Below are positions 42,232 to 50,877 of a stretch of DNA of 57,165 bases, piece by piece. Within the stretch, counting starts at the first letter, position 1; each line of letters starts with the position of its first letter. The position numbers and the translations under genes are program-made. Origin of the DNA: an uncultured virus (IMG/VR IMGVR_UViG_3300042453_003546) (taxonomy: Duplodnaviria > Heunggongvirae > Uroviricota > Caudoviricetes). Under the pieces are notes generated by a model, which was not told where the DNA came from, did no database searches, and saw only the letters and a program-made list of their open reading frames with translations. The DNA lies in IMG/VR virus record IMGVR_UViG_3300042453_003546; one strand, given 5' to 3'.

Positions 42232-43203
42232 TTATTGTGCTCCTGATGGATTTTGATAAGAGTTAGCAATCGGTTGTGTAGAGTCAACAACTTTTTGCCA
42301 TAGTTGTGATGTATCCTTTGTTGTACCCACAATTCCCTCAGCTTCACTAGTTCCTTGATCAGGTAAATCATAACGAGCTCTCCAGCTGAGTAATTTTTTA
42401 GAACATGCTAAAGACATTTCGACTTTTTGGGATGTACACACATAGATCGATGAATCATCTGTATCAATGTTTTCGTTTGTTAGCATTGATTTTTCTTCAG
42501 TTGTAAAATCACGATCTGCTCGAAGAACAATAATACCATCTCCTGACACTCCTGATGGATTATTACTATTCCATGGAGTCTGACCATCTGCTGATGGGGT
42601 TGTTGAACTGAACCTTAAACTTGTACCAAATCGGCCCTGAATGATGTAATCACCTTCCTGTGGTTCAAGCTGTTTATAAATCTTTATTCTATTAGATCCA
42701 TCCTTAACAGAATTAACATCGCTTGTTCTTTTATCAAAGCGTGATTTTGCATTGTCGTAACTAACAAAAGGATTATCTGGATCCAAGTGCTTCACATCCA
42801 CACCTAAAAAAGGATGTTGGTTGTAGGATATATTATGGAAAGAGCTAACCACAAAGGAATAGAAAAATGCATTCTGCATTACAGTACTACTTGGATCAAG
42901 TGTCTCACTAAACGCATAAAATATCATAACCTGCTCTCCAGGATATGGGTATCTAATAAACGATCTATCTAATGGGTAAGCGACACTAGTAAGCTTGCTT
43001 TCTGGAATATTGATATCATAATTCAAATCTCGAAATCGAATCTTTCCAATATCCCTTATTGTTTCAAATAGTGGTGAATTTGTATCTGTACATACTTCGA
43101 GTACATGCGCAGGAAATACTAACGGTGGTTGCTGTTGACTACCACCCCCTCCAGTCGATCGGGGTCCGTAATTATCACCTAAGCCTTTAAATAATGTACT
43201 CAT
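42232..43203 (-). CDS. Baseplate hub, gp5 N-terminal OB-fold-like
   Basis: IGKIRF...AYPL...YPYPGEQVMI; EGDYIIQGRFGTSLRFSST. Confidence 0.65.
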   Translation of the reverse strand: MSTLFKGLGDNYGPRSTGGGGSQQQPPLVFPAHVLEVCTDTNSPLFETIRDIGKIRFRDLNYDINIPESKLTSVAYPLDRSFIRYPYPGEQVMIFYAFSETLDPSSTVMQNAFFYSFVVSSFHNISYNQHPFLGVDVKHLDPDNPFVSYDNAKSRFDKRTSDVNSVKDGSNRIKIYKQLEPQEGDYIIQGRFGTSLRFSSTTPSADGQTPWNSNNPSGVSGDGIIVLRADRDFTTEEKSMLTNENIDTDDSSIYVCTSQKVEMSLACSKKLLSWRARYDLPDQGTSEAEGIVGTTKDTSQLWQKVVDSTQPIANSYQNPSGAQ

Positions 43204-43544
43204 TTGCTATTGTCTAATATTGCATTTGCCTCTTCAAGTAGTTGCTTTCTTTCCGCTTCAGATAAACCTAATTCCCCTTCGGTAGGAGTTTTTGAACTCA
43301 CAATTAATAATCGTTGAACAATTCCAGTTAATCTTACGAGATTATCATCATTCTTTACGGAAACTTCTAGATACTCTTTAATCAATGGTACCATAAGAGA
43401 AGCATCCGTCATATTTCTTATTAACGGTTTAAGCTGATCAATTAAACCATTAATCTGATTTTCCTTTTTTTTAGTGTTTGCGTATACATCGCGTAGTAAA
43501 TCACTAAACGATTTGTCATCAAAGAGTAATGAATCTTTATCCAT
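43200..43544 (-). CDS. Conserved helical phage protein (possible small terminase-like)
   Basis: All-helical 114 aa, VPLIKEYLEVSVKNDD; function not established. Confidence 0.4.
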   Translation of the reverse strand: MDKDSLLFDDKSFSDLLRDVYANTKKKENQINGLIDQLKPLIRNMTDASLMVPLIKEYLEVSVKNDDNLVRLTGIVQRLLIVSSKTPTEGELGLSEAERKQLLEEANAILDNSK

Positions 43545-43573
43545 ATAACAGGTTTTCTAATAAATATACAGGT

Positions 43574-43603
43574 AAAAAAAACAACCCCCACACAAGGTGG
43601 GGG
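43574..43603 (-). terminator. Intrinsic terminator
   Basis: CCCCCAC-5 nt-GTGGGGG then TTGTTTTTTTT on minus strand. Confidence 0.8.
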
Positions 43604-43608
43604 CTAAC

Positions 43609-45279
43609 TTACTTGACAATCTTTATAAGTCTTGTAATATTTGATGCCTTGTGTAAGATTTTCAATGTGTAGTGTCCTGGTAAAATATCATGTGTATCCA
43701 AATGCACTACATTATAACAACCTGGACATGGTACAGTTTTATAATATACTTCTTGTCCAATATCGTTTATAATAAAAATATCCAAATCCTCCGGTACCTC
43801 CTCATAGTAAACATAAGTAATAATGTCACCAAAGGGATTGGGGTATACTCTAAAATCATTTGAAAGAGGTTCAACATCTATTGCAATGATATTAGAAAAA
43901 TCATACGTAAAATCTAAATCAACCATTTTTAGTCTATAATAGTTAGTACCAATATATGGTGTCTCGTCAACGTACATATATGGATTATTTTGATCAGCGA
44001 TAATAGAACCTATATAGTTAAAGTCAATACCATTCTTACTTCGTTCAACATCAAAATGAGAGCTGTTATGCTCACTATCTGTTACCCAATATAACGTATT
44101 AGTGTTTCCTTCATTCTCTCCAGTAAACGATCTTAGTTGAATTGGTAATATACATCCATCAATTGTAATATCAACTTGCGATCTTAAACTCACACAGCCT
44201 AAAGCTTCTGATTGAGCAAAGAATGAAGCATTGGTAAGTAATGGACTTGTTGTATAACTTGTCCCAGTACCTAATAAGTTACCTCCTGATAGTGCATCAT
44301 ACCACTGTATAGTGCCGATATTAGAACCAGCTAAAAGAACTGCAAACTCACCATAACATAAAGTAGTATCTGCTGAGAGATTGGGTATGTTAGGTATAGG
44401 TTTTACAGTTATAGTGGTTGATTGTGTAGAGCTACATGTGTTTGTAGTACCAACACCACTTACCATACCAACATTAGTCCCAGTTACGGTGTATGAGGTT
44501 GTAGCAGTTGGTACAAAGGAAACTCCATTAGAAACTCCATTATTCCAGCTATATGTTTGAGCACCAGTAGCAGTTAGGGTTGTTGACTCACCACTACATA
44601 CACTAGTAGTACCGCCAATAGTTACTGAAGGAGTTGGAATTGTCTCAATCAATTCAACATTATCTATCCAAAACTCCTCACCTGCAGAATTACACCTCAT
44701 ATATAAATCAATAGCTACACTAGTTGTACCAGGCTGTAAGGTCAATTCTACAGTTGAAAACCCATCGGTTCTTGCACCACCTACTGTTATTTGATAGTTC
44801 GTATTTGTTCCGTTAGCTGTTTTTGCTGCAATACCAGTTGCATTATATGTCCAGGTTTGGTTATTGAAGCCAAAGATAGTCATCTCAGTAACATAGGCAC
44901 CCCCATTCCGACTAAGCTGAACTTGTATATAATCGGCAGCGTCAACACCTCTGGTTGTTGCAGTAGGAGCTGTGATTGTGTAGGAAGCTAGACGAAATTT
45001 TACTTTATAGGTGTAGTTTGGATTAAGACCAGTGATAGTCGGCATAGTATACCAGTCTTGCTCAATCCCAGAAGTACCGGTACCACTACCGTAATGGACT
45101 GCACTAACAGATGGACTTACTGAAAAGTTTGTATAAAAATTAGAAAAGTTATACAACCACCAATCTCCAAACCAAGTATAGGTTTCCATATTATCGTAGT
45201 AAGTGGTTGATGTACAAGACTGAGCGTAGGAGGTTGTTGTAAGGATGAATAGCGCAATGGATAATAAAACTTGTTTCAT
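43609..45279 (-). CDS. Secreted Ig-like protein with type IX secretion (T9SS type A) C-terminal sorting domain
   Basis: Sec signal; Ig-like repeats; LPIQLRSFTG..W.T.SE.NS.HF.VERS module; VYPNPF...IGQEV...LPGHYTLKI...KIVK CTD. Confidence 0.88.
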   Translation of the reverse strand: MKQVLLSIALFILTTTSYAQSCTSTTYYDNMETYTWFGDWWLYNFSNFYTNFSVSPSVSAVHYGSGTGTSGIEQDWYTMPTITGLNPNYTYKVKFRLASYTITAPTATTRGVDAADYIQVQLSRNGGAYVTEMTIFGFNNQTWTYNATGIAAKTANGTNTNYQITVGGARTDGFSTVELTLQPGTTSVAIDLYMRCNSAGEEFWIDNVELIETIPTPSVTIGGTTSVCSGESTTLTATGAQTYSWNNGVSNGVSFVPTATTSYTVTGTNVGMVSGVGTTNTCSSTQSTTITVKPIPNIPNLSADTTLCYGEFAVLLAGSNIGTIQWYDALSGGNLLGTGTSYTTSPLLTNASFFAQSEALGCVSLRSQVDITIDGCILPIQLRSFTGENEGNTNTLYWVTDSEHNSSHFDVERSKNGIDFNYIGSIIADQNNPYMYVDETPYIGTNYYRLKMVDLDFTYDFSNIIAIDVEPLSNDFRVYPNPFGDIITYVYYEEVPEDLDIFIINDIGQEVYYKTVPCPGCYNVVHLDTHDILPGHYTLKILHKASNITRLIKIVK

Positions 45280-45282
45280 AGA

Positions 45283-45528
45283 TTATTTTTTATATTGTGG
45301 AAGGGATTCTAGTTCGTTAATAAGCTCAACCAATTGTTTTATACGCGCTCCAGCAATCCAAGAGTCTCTATTATCGTAATAACCAAGCTCACGTAATACA
45401 GCTGGATCAGTATTTTTAGGATCAAACGAAAAAGCGTTGAGGTTTGGACCACCACCAACGCTTTCCCAACATTTTATCTCCTCTTGTAAAAATTGTTGCA
45501 ACTTTTCTTTAGAGAATAAAACTAACAT
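45283..45528 (-). CDS. Hypothetical protein
   Basis: ORF track; TAATG-coupled to sigma factor gene. Confidence 0.65.
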   Translation of the reverse strand: MLVLFSKEKLQQFLQEEIKCWESVGGGPNLNAFSFDPKNTDPAVLRELGYYDNRDSWIAGARIKQLVELINELESLPQYKK

Positions 45529-46253
45529 TAATATTTTTTATTAGGTGGTATACAATTGTACTTGAGATAATCCATAAACATTGCACGATATTTATCCTTC
45601 ATGGTCTTAACCATCTTGGTGATTTGCTGAGTATTTGCATCAGTCATTTCACGTATATAAATATACAATGCTTTTTTATTAAAAAGTTCAATCTTTTCTC
45701 GCTTTCTAAAGAGTTCAATAATTGCACCTGCCAACTCACGATCTCCTTTTTTGGTAAAAGTGTTTTCGAGATTGTCATCCCAATAGATAACATATCGATC
45801 AATAAAATCTGTAAGGTTAATAACCTCTTCCTCAACACTATCAGGACATTCTAAACTAACCTCATCCATAACATCAACTCTATCGTGAGAGGTTAGTTTT
45901 TTGTAGTTGTTTTTGTTTTTTAATATGCAGTAGTTTTTTGCTACAATACTAAAGTAACTAAATGCTTTACCATTATCCTGTTTAAATTTAGGCAGTTTTT
46001 CAACGAGAAAACTTACAACCTCGTGTTGCACTTGTTTAAACGATTGTCCGTCTGTGTAGTAAAATTTGAATGTGTGAATAATGTTCTCAACTAACTTTTC
46101 AAAAGCTGGGCGAATTTCATGTTGATAAATCAAACTACGTTCTGTTTCACTATCTGTAGCATTGTACTTTACAATACTCAAATCTACTTCGGGACCGAAG
46201 TACATTCTTTTAGTTTTCGGTTTTCTTGTTTTCTTCGGTTTCTGTGTTGACAT
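45528..46253 (-). CDS. Phage sigma factor, T4 gp55-like (late transcription)
   Basis: YF...KLVENII..FKFY...FKQDNGKAFSYFSIVAKNY (sigma region 2 of gp55 type); start placed at MSTQK. Confidence 0.75.
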   Translation of the reverse strand: MSTQKPKKTRKPKTKRMYFGPEVDLSIVKYNATDSETERSLIYQHEIRPAFEKLVENIIHTFKFYYTDGQSFKQVQHEVVSFLVEKLPKFKQDNGKAFSYFSIVAKNYCILKNKNNYKKLTSHDRVDVMDEVSLECPDSVEEEVINLTDFIDRYVIYWDDNLENTFTKKGDRELAGAIIELFRKREKIELFNKKALYIYIREMTDANTQQITKMVKTMKDKYRAMFMDYLKYNCIPPNKKY

Positions 46254-46521
46254 ATCTTGTAATAAACTCATAAAGATCTTCAATTGAATTATCTAACTCC
46301 TTAAAAATGGAACCTACCTCATCATCAGCCTGAAATGCTCCTAAACGATCGATCTCTTTCATTTGATCTCTAGTAGATTGAAATCGGAAAAATAAAGCTG
46401 ATACAAAGCGAACATAAGCTTCGCAATAATCTTCTGCACGTTCTGCTCTTCTAAAGTTAATATACAACAAATAGCTGAGGAAAGCTATTATCAGTACTAA
46501 TATTATAACTACTACAATCAT
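46210..46521 (-). CDS. Single-TM membrane protein
   Basis: N-terminal hydrophobic helix; F..DDEVG motif. Confidence 0.7.
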   Translation of the reverse strand: MIVVVIILVLIIAFLSYLLYINFRRAERAEDYCEAYVRFVSALFFRFQSTRDQMKEIDRLGAFQADDEVGSIFKELDNSIEDLYEFITRYVNTETEENKKTEN

Positions 46522-47276
46522 TTGAATAAATTATTAAACACGTTAATTAAATCATCTTTCTCTGTCTGACTAAGATCTGCTGGAATGGTTGGTTTTGTAC
46601 GCTTTTCAACTGGCTTAGGTTTTTCTGTACTGCCATTGTTACGATCCCACATCTCGAACTCTATACGAGATGCCATATGATCGGCATGGTGAAGTATGAT
46701 GGGTAGATTTGTTCGTAATTTAGATTCTTTTGTGGATGATATAAAATAAGGTCGGTTACTTTCATCATACAAGCCATCGTGAGTCTTAATTGCTACATAC
46801 TCATTGAATGAAACTTGAATACCTCTTTGCTGCAATAAAAACAAGCTTCTATCAGGTACTGGCATAAAAGGGTTACTTGCATTGTATTTGTACAACTTAC
46901 CGAGATTTTTTCTATGCCATTCTGAATCATTAGGTATATATTGTTCAGCTTCTTCTGTACCTATTTTACCTAAGTCGTGATTCATAGCTGCAAATACTAA
47001 CTCTTCATCAGTATAGTTAATATAAGCACCCATATTAGCCCATAAAGCTTTGAGTTGAAGAGCACACTCAATAACACGATTGATATGGTCAACATATCCA
47101 CCTGGAAAAGCGTTATGATGATGATCCACACTAGAGGCTGGCATAAGCATTATACGCTCAGCATGATCTACATAGAGTTGTTTGAGTTGATCTTTTCTTA
47201 TACCTGTAATGTGCTTGTCTATATAACCTAAAAGTTGGTCATAGTTTTCTTGCAATAATTCTGCTGTGTAATTCAT
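46518..47276 (-). CDS. HD-domain phosphohydrolase (YhaM-like)
   Basis: PAS...HHNAFPGGYVDH, HDLGKIG, HDG, HHAD. Confidence 0.88.
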   Translation of the reverse strand: MNYTAELLQENYDQLLGYIDKHITGIRKDQLKQLYVDHAERIMLMPASSVDHHHNAFPGGYVDHINRVIECALQLKALWANMGAYINYTDEELVFAAMNHDLGKIGTEEAEQYIPNDSEWHRKNLGKLYKYNASNPFMPVPDRSLFLLQQRGIQVSFNEYVAIKTHDGLYDESNRPYFISSTKESKLRTNLPIILHHADHMASRIEFEMWDRNNGSTEKPKPVEKRTKPTIPADLSQTEKDDLINVFNNLFK

Positions 47277-47277
47277 A

Positions 47278-47706
47278 TTAGATGTGTTTTTGTAACTTTT
47301 TTAATTGAGACTCAATCTTACGGATTACTGTCTTTCGAGTCTCTTTCTGTAACTGTTTTTTCAGATCGGCATATTGTTTTGCTATCTCAGCTTTTTCCTT
47401 TGCTTTCTGAACTTTGGATTTTTTAACCTTTGGTGTTTTTGGTTGTAGTGGTGTTGGTGTCAATGTATCTTTAAGATCCGGTTGCTCAACACCTTTATGA
47501 TACACCGTACCATTAGCATGAACAAACTCTTTCATAAACCTCCAACCCTTTGGAAAACCTTGCGCAGGCGCCTGTTTTGTTTTGATGGGCTGATTAAACT
47601 CCTTCATAGATTCATTAACGCATTGCCAGCATATTGCGGCAGTAGCACCCGTGCTTCTATTAGGCATTGTCACCCCACATTTCATACATTCTAATGTTAT
47701 ACCCAT
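47278..47706 (-). CDS. Zinc-ribbon basic phage protein
   Basis: CMKC...CWQC, PKGW.FMKEFV; start placed at MGITLEC. Confidence 0.7.
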   Translation of the reverse strand: MGITLECMKCGVTMPNRSTGATAAICWQCVNESMKEFNQPIKTKQAPAQGFPKGWRFMKEFVHANGTVYHKGVEQPDLKDTLTPTPLQPKTPKVKKSKVQKAKEKAEIAKQYADLKKQLQKETRKTVIRKIESQLKKLQKHI

Positions 47707-47763
47707 ACTTTGATATATTTTATTATTCGATAAATATAGGTATAAAAATACAAACAAGCAACT

Positions 47764-48186
47764 TTAGTTAGGGGAGGCTGGAATAAATTCAAAACGTGTA
47801 TCTAATAATACTGCGTGAATAGTTACAGAGCCAAATCGATGTCTTGCTTTGTAGATCGGCCAATCACCGTTTAGATTGTATGCATACACAATAGCATCCT
47901 TGACTAGCTGTTGATTTTGGCTATATACAAATAGAAACTGATCAGCCTGCATATAGTAAACAAACTTAGGATCCATACCTTCGAGTATAGTGTCCTCTAT
48001 CTCTTCCAGCAACATAAGCTCATAAACATACTCATCGTATAGAGCTTTTCTATCTTTTTTGTTTGGTAATATTTGGGGTGGGAGATGAGTTAGGCTCATG
48101 GACTTAACAGCCTCACGAGCCATATCTAACTCTTTGGAGATGTTTGTTAAAAACTTCGATTTGACTAATTTTTCAAAGCATCCCAT
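47764..48186 (-). CDS. Hypothetical protein
   Basis: ORF track, fills operon. Confidence 0.65.
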   Translation of the reverse strand: MGCFEKLVKSKFLTNISKELDMAREAVKSMSLTHLPPQILPNKKDRKALYDEYVYELMLLEEIEDTILEGMDPKFVYYMQADQFLFVYSQNQQLVKDAIVYAYNLNGDWPIYKARHRFGSVTIHAVLLDTRFEFIPASPN

Positions 48187-48198
48187 AATCCAGTGTGT

Positions 48199-48492
48199 TT
48201 AATTATTATCATTGCGAGGTGGTGTAGATGCTATCGATTTCATAGCCTTTTTTACCTCTTCTTTTCCAGCTTCGTATTTAGTTATAATTCGATCTTTTTC
48301 AATAAGCTTTGCAGCCATTTCAGATTTTACTGCTTCTAGCTCTAGAATCTTTTTTGCAGCATTTTCGGCAAAATCCTTTGTTGAGTTGTATTTGATTTTA
48401 CAATCAATTGCTTTATTGCGATAATCATAAACACAGAAGCCTAAAATACAAAATCCAATAAAGGACAGAACACTAATGGTAATAGATAACAT
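48199..48492 (-). CDS. TM plus coiled-coil protein
   Basis: N-terminal hydrophobic helix, coiled coil. Confidence 0.65.
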   Translation of the reverse strand: MLSITISVLSFIGFCILGFCVYDYRNKAIDCKIKYNSTKDFAENAAKKILELEAVKSEMAAKLIEKDRIITKYEAGKEEVKKAMKSIASTPPRNDNN

Positions 48493-48564
48493 AACTTTTA
48501 TTTTAAAATTGTAAAAAATTTATAATATGTAACATACGGTTTTTTGCGCAAAAAGTCAACTCCT

Positions 48565-48708
48565 TTAACCCTGACCTACACTAACTTTGACATAATTTTT
48601 ATTTGATTTGTTAGTACTCTGTTTGGTTTTAGCGTGTATTCCTGGTCGTCTTTTTTTAGATTTGAGTTTGAATTTAACTGTAGTTTGAACTTTTGTTTTT
48701 GCTGACAT
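48565..48708 (-). CDS. Small very basic protein, 47 aa (not in ORF track)
   Basis: MSAKTKVQTTVKFKLKSKKRRPGIHAKTKQSTNKSNKNYVKVSVGQG; own TATTTATA motif upstream. Confidence 0.75.
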   Translation of the reverse strand: MSAKTKVQTTVKFKLKSKKRRPGIHAKTKQSTNKSNKNYVKVSVGQG

Positions 48709-48752
48709 GACGTATGATATTTAATTGTTACTGCATATAAATATCATATAAC

Positions 48753-48779
48753 AAAAAAGGCCGATCATAAAGACCGGCC
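48753..48779 (-). terminator. Intrinsic terminator
   Basis: GGCCGGTC-TTTAT-GATCGGCC then TTTTTT. Confidence 0.75.
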
Positions 48780-48820
48780 AAATTTAACACACACACAAGC
48801 TACAAAATGTAACATAAAAG

Positions 48821-48979
48821 TTACTTGCTGATTGTAGTAGTAGCTGTTGAATCAGTAACCACTGTAACAGAATCAACAGAGGTTGAATCAGTTGTTGTAG
48901 TTGTTGTTTCTTCGGTAGCTTTAGAACTACAGCTTGCTAAAAGAGCTACTACCAATGCAGCGAACATAAATCTTTTCAT
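48821..48979 (-). CDS. Small Thr/Ser-rich lipoprotein, 52 aa (not in ORF track)
   Basis: MKRFMFAALVVALLASCSSKATEETTTTTTDSTSVDSVTVVTDSTATTTISK; lipobox LASC. Confidence 0.8.
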   Translation of the reverse strand: MKRFMFAALVVALLASCSSKATEETTTTTTDSTSVDSVTVVTDSTATTTISK

Positions 48980-49062
48980 TTTAAAAAATTGTTTTGTTAA
49001 TTAACTAATAATAATAAATATACTACCTTTTTTTTGTGTAGGCAACACGTTTGCTTTTTTTG

Positions 49063-49435
49063 TGGAGATGGTGGGATTCGAACCCACGTCCAGTCTAGTC
49101 GATCAAGTAAAATTCATTCACAAGTTTAGTACGTTTTTCTTAACGAACAAAATATCAAGTTTGTATTGCTACTCCTACTTGCAAACTGTAGGCTATTTGA
49201 TAAGCTCAAATTACAAAAGCGGTTGGTTCACTTCATTTTATAGGTCTCGTGAGTGATACGAGAGAGACTAAGCTGCAATTGCTAAATCTGCACCTACGAA
49301 TGCCATAGCATCTTCCCAGGTCCAATCAGAAAGTTCGTTGCCGAATATTTTTGTGATAGGTCGTCAAAGGTTTCCATCTAACCTTACTTGCATCATTTCA
49401 AAGAGCGCATCTATCTGTCGATTCCATTCATCCCC
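49063..49435 (-). ncRNA. ssrA: tmRNA
   Basis: 5' GGGGATGAATGGAATCGAC; 3' GTGGGTTCGAATCCCACCATCTCCA; acceptor stem GGGGATG/CATCTCC with G3.U70; internal ORF ending AIAA-stop; 373 nt. Confidence 0.95.
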
Positions 49436-49569
49436 TTATAATATAAATATACACCAACTTAAAACAAAAAACAACAACTATTATAAAATCTATTTTAACA
49501 GAATATAATTTGTATTTCAACGAAAAAGGTCTATATTTATGATATATAATTCACTAAAACTTATAATTT

Positions 49570-49956
49570 ATGAAAAAGTTTATTTTAGGAGGACTTTTGC
49601 TTTTTGCTTCGGTGACTGGTCAAGCCCAATCAAGCAAGACGTTTATTAAATCTTTTGTTAACTCTTCAAACCAGGTTGCTATTGAAACTGAATGCTCGAA
49701 GGTTATAAAGAACTGGAATAATAGCTATCTACGTATTTATCTTACAATTGAGTCAAATGTTAGCGAATCTATATTAGGTTCATTGGCTACCGCAGGAAGA
49801 TATGATCACGTAGCAAAATTGGAAAATGGAGTGTTAGTAATTACCATGCCAAATTTGGTGAGACAAGTTAGTATTGGTGGTGTGCCCATTATTGAAAAAC
49901 TAACTATGGAGGTGTTTCTTCCGGATTCAATAACCATCCTACAACCAAGCATTTAA
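49570..49956 (+). CDS. Secreted protein (signal peptide); only credible plus-strand gene
   Basis: MKKFILGGLLLFASVTGQAQ; own promoter TTTG...TATATTTA and terminator. Confidence 0.8.
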   Translation: MKKFILGGLLLFASVTGQAQSSKTFIKSFVNSSNQVAIETECSKVIKNWNNSYLRIYLTIESNVSESILGSLATAGRYDHVAKLENGVLVITMPNLVRQVSIGGVPIIEKLTMEVFLPDSITILQPSI

Positions 49957-49985
49957 AAAAAGAACCCTCGAAAGAGGGTTTTTTT
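49955..49985. terminator. Bidirectional intrinsic terminator
   Basis: A7...AACCCTC-GAAA-GAGGGTT-T5 between convergent genes. Confidence 0.88.
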
Positions 49986-50337
49986 ATATCATCTGGATTG
50001 TTAATAATATAGTGGCTAATATTAAACTCACAGCAGCTCTTGAATCGATGCCCTCACCTAGAAACACGTTTGTAAAAATGGTAAACACGAGAATGCCAAC
50101 TGCAAAAGCCATAAGTCTTCCAGGCCAAATTTTACCATTCATGCCCTCATATGCATAGTCAGTTGCTATCATTAAAAGGTAGCTAATTGGCACTCCTGAC
50201 AAGCTAATAAGAAATTTATAATTCTTCATCCAAGGCCAAACAAACTGGCCATTAATCTGGATCCATGCTATCATTTGGGCAATGAAAAATAGCACAAGAG
50301 ATATTAAAACTAACATGTTGAAATTGTGTTTTTTCAT
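49984..50337 (-). CDS. Small 4-TM membrane protein (SMR/DMT-like size)
   Basis: Four hydrophobic segments; ATGA overlap with HPRT stop. Confidence 0.65.
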   Translation of the reverse strand: MKKHNFNMLVLISLVLFFIAQMIAWIQINGQFVWPWMKNYKFLISLSGVPISYLLMIATDYAYEGMNGKIWPGRLMAFAVGILVFTIFTNVFLGEGIDSRAAVSLILATILLTIQMI

Positions 50338-50840
50338 TTGCAAAAAATAGCATTTAGAAGTCTTCCTCTTCCATCAGGAGCATCCATTCCATATCCCCAA
50401 ACCCATTCATCATTCATAGGAAAGCCATAAAGATCTACTGGAAAAGGACAGTGATTTTTCTTTAGAAGAACACATGTTTTAACCTCTTTAGCACCTAGCG
50501 ATAGAAGTAGGTTTTTCAAGAATTCGAGTGTCTTGCCTGAATCAGCAATATCATCAAATAACCATACAACCTTATCCTTAATAATATTCGGATCTGGAGC
50601 TTTGTAAAGATTAAATTCCGTTTGCTGTTCACCATCATAGGAACTTACTCCTACAAAATCCACGTATGGATTAAATAATAAGTTTCTACTGATATCGGAG
50701 AAAAAAGGCACAGCTCCTTGAAGGATTGGTGCAAAAACTACTTTGTCTTCGTTTTCTTGATTGTAGAGGGTGTTAAGATGTGTAGCAATACCATCAACTA
50801 CATCCTCGATTTGCCATGGTGTATATAATATTTTATTCAT
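50334..50840 (-). CDS. hpt: Hypoxanthine phosphoribosyltransferase
   Basis: ILQGAVPF, VSSY, LFDDIADSGKTL PRPP-binding motif, LLKK, WVWGYGMD. Confidence 0.9.
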   Translation of the reverse strand: MNKILYTPWQIEDVVDGIATHLNTLYNQENEDKVVFAPILQGAVPFFSDISRNLLFNPYVDFVGVSSYDGEQQTEFNLYKAPDPNIIKDKVVWLFDDIADSGKTLEFLKNLLLSLGAKEVKTCVLLKKNHCPFPVDLYGFPMNDEWVWGYGMDAPDGRGRLLNAIFCK

Positions 50841-50877
50841 ACTATTAATATAGTAAAATAAAATTATTTAGACAACG

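Noticed and set aside
48830..48910. GTT/GTA microsatellite-like repeats
   Set aside because: Explained by Thr codons of the small lipoprotein
49061..49095. tRNA gene suggested by GGTTCGAATCC
   Set aside because: It is the tRNA-like domain of tmRNA; the matching 5' strand is about 370 nt away and there is no anticodon arm
49062..49256. 64-aa plus-strand ORF MEMVGFEPTS
   Set aside because: Antisense shadow of the tmRNA T-arm and acceptor stem
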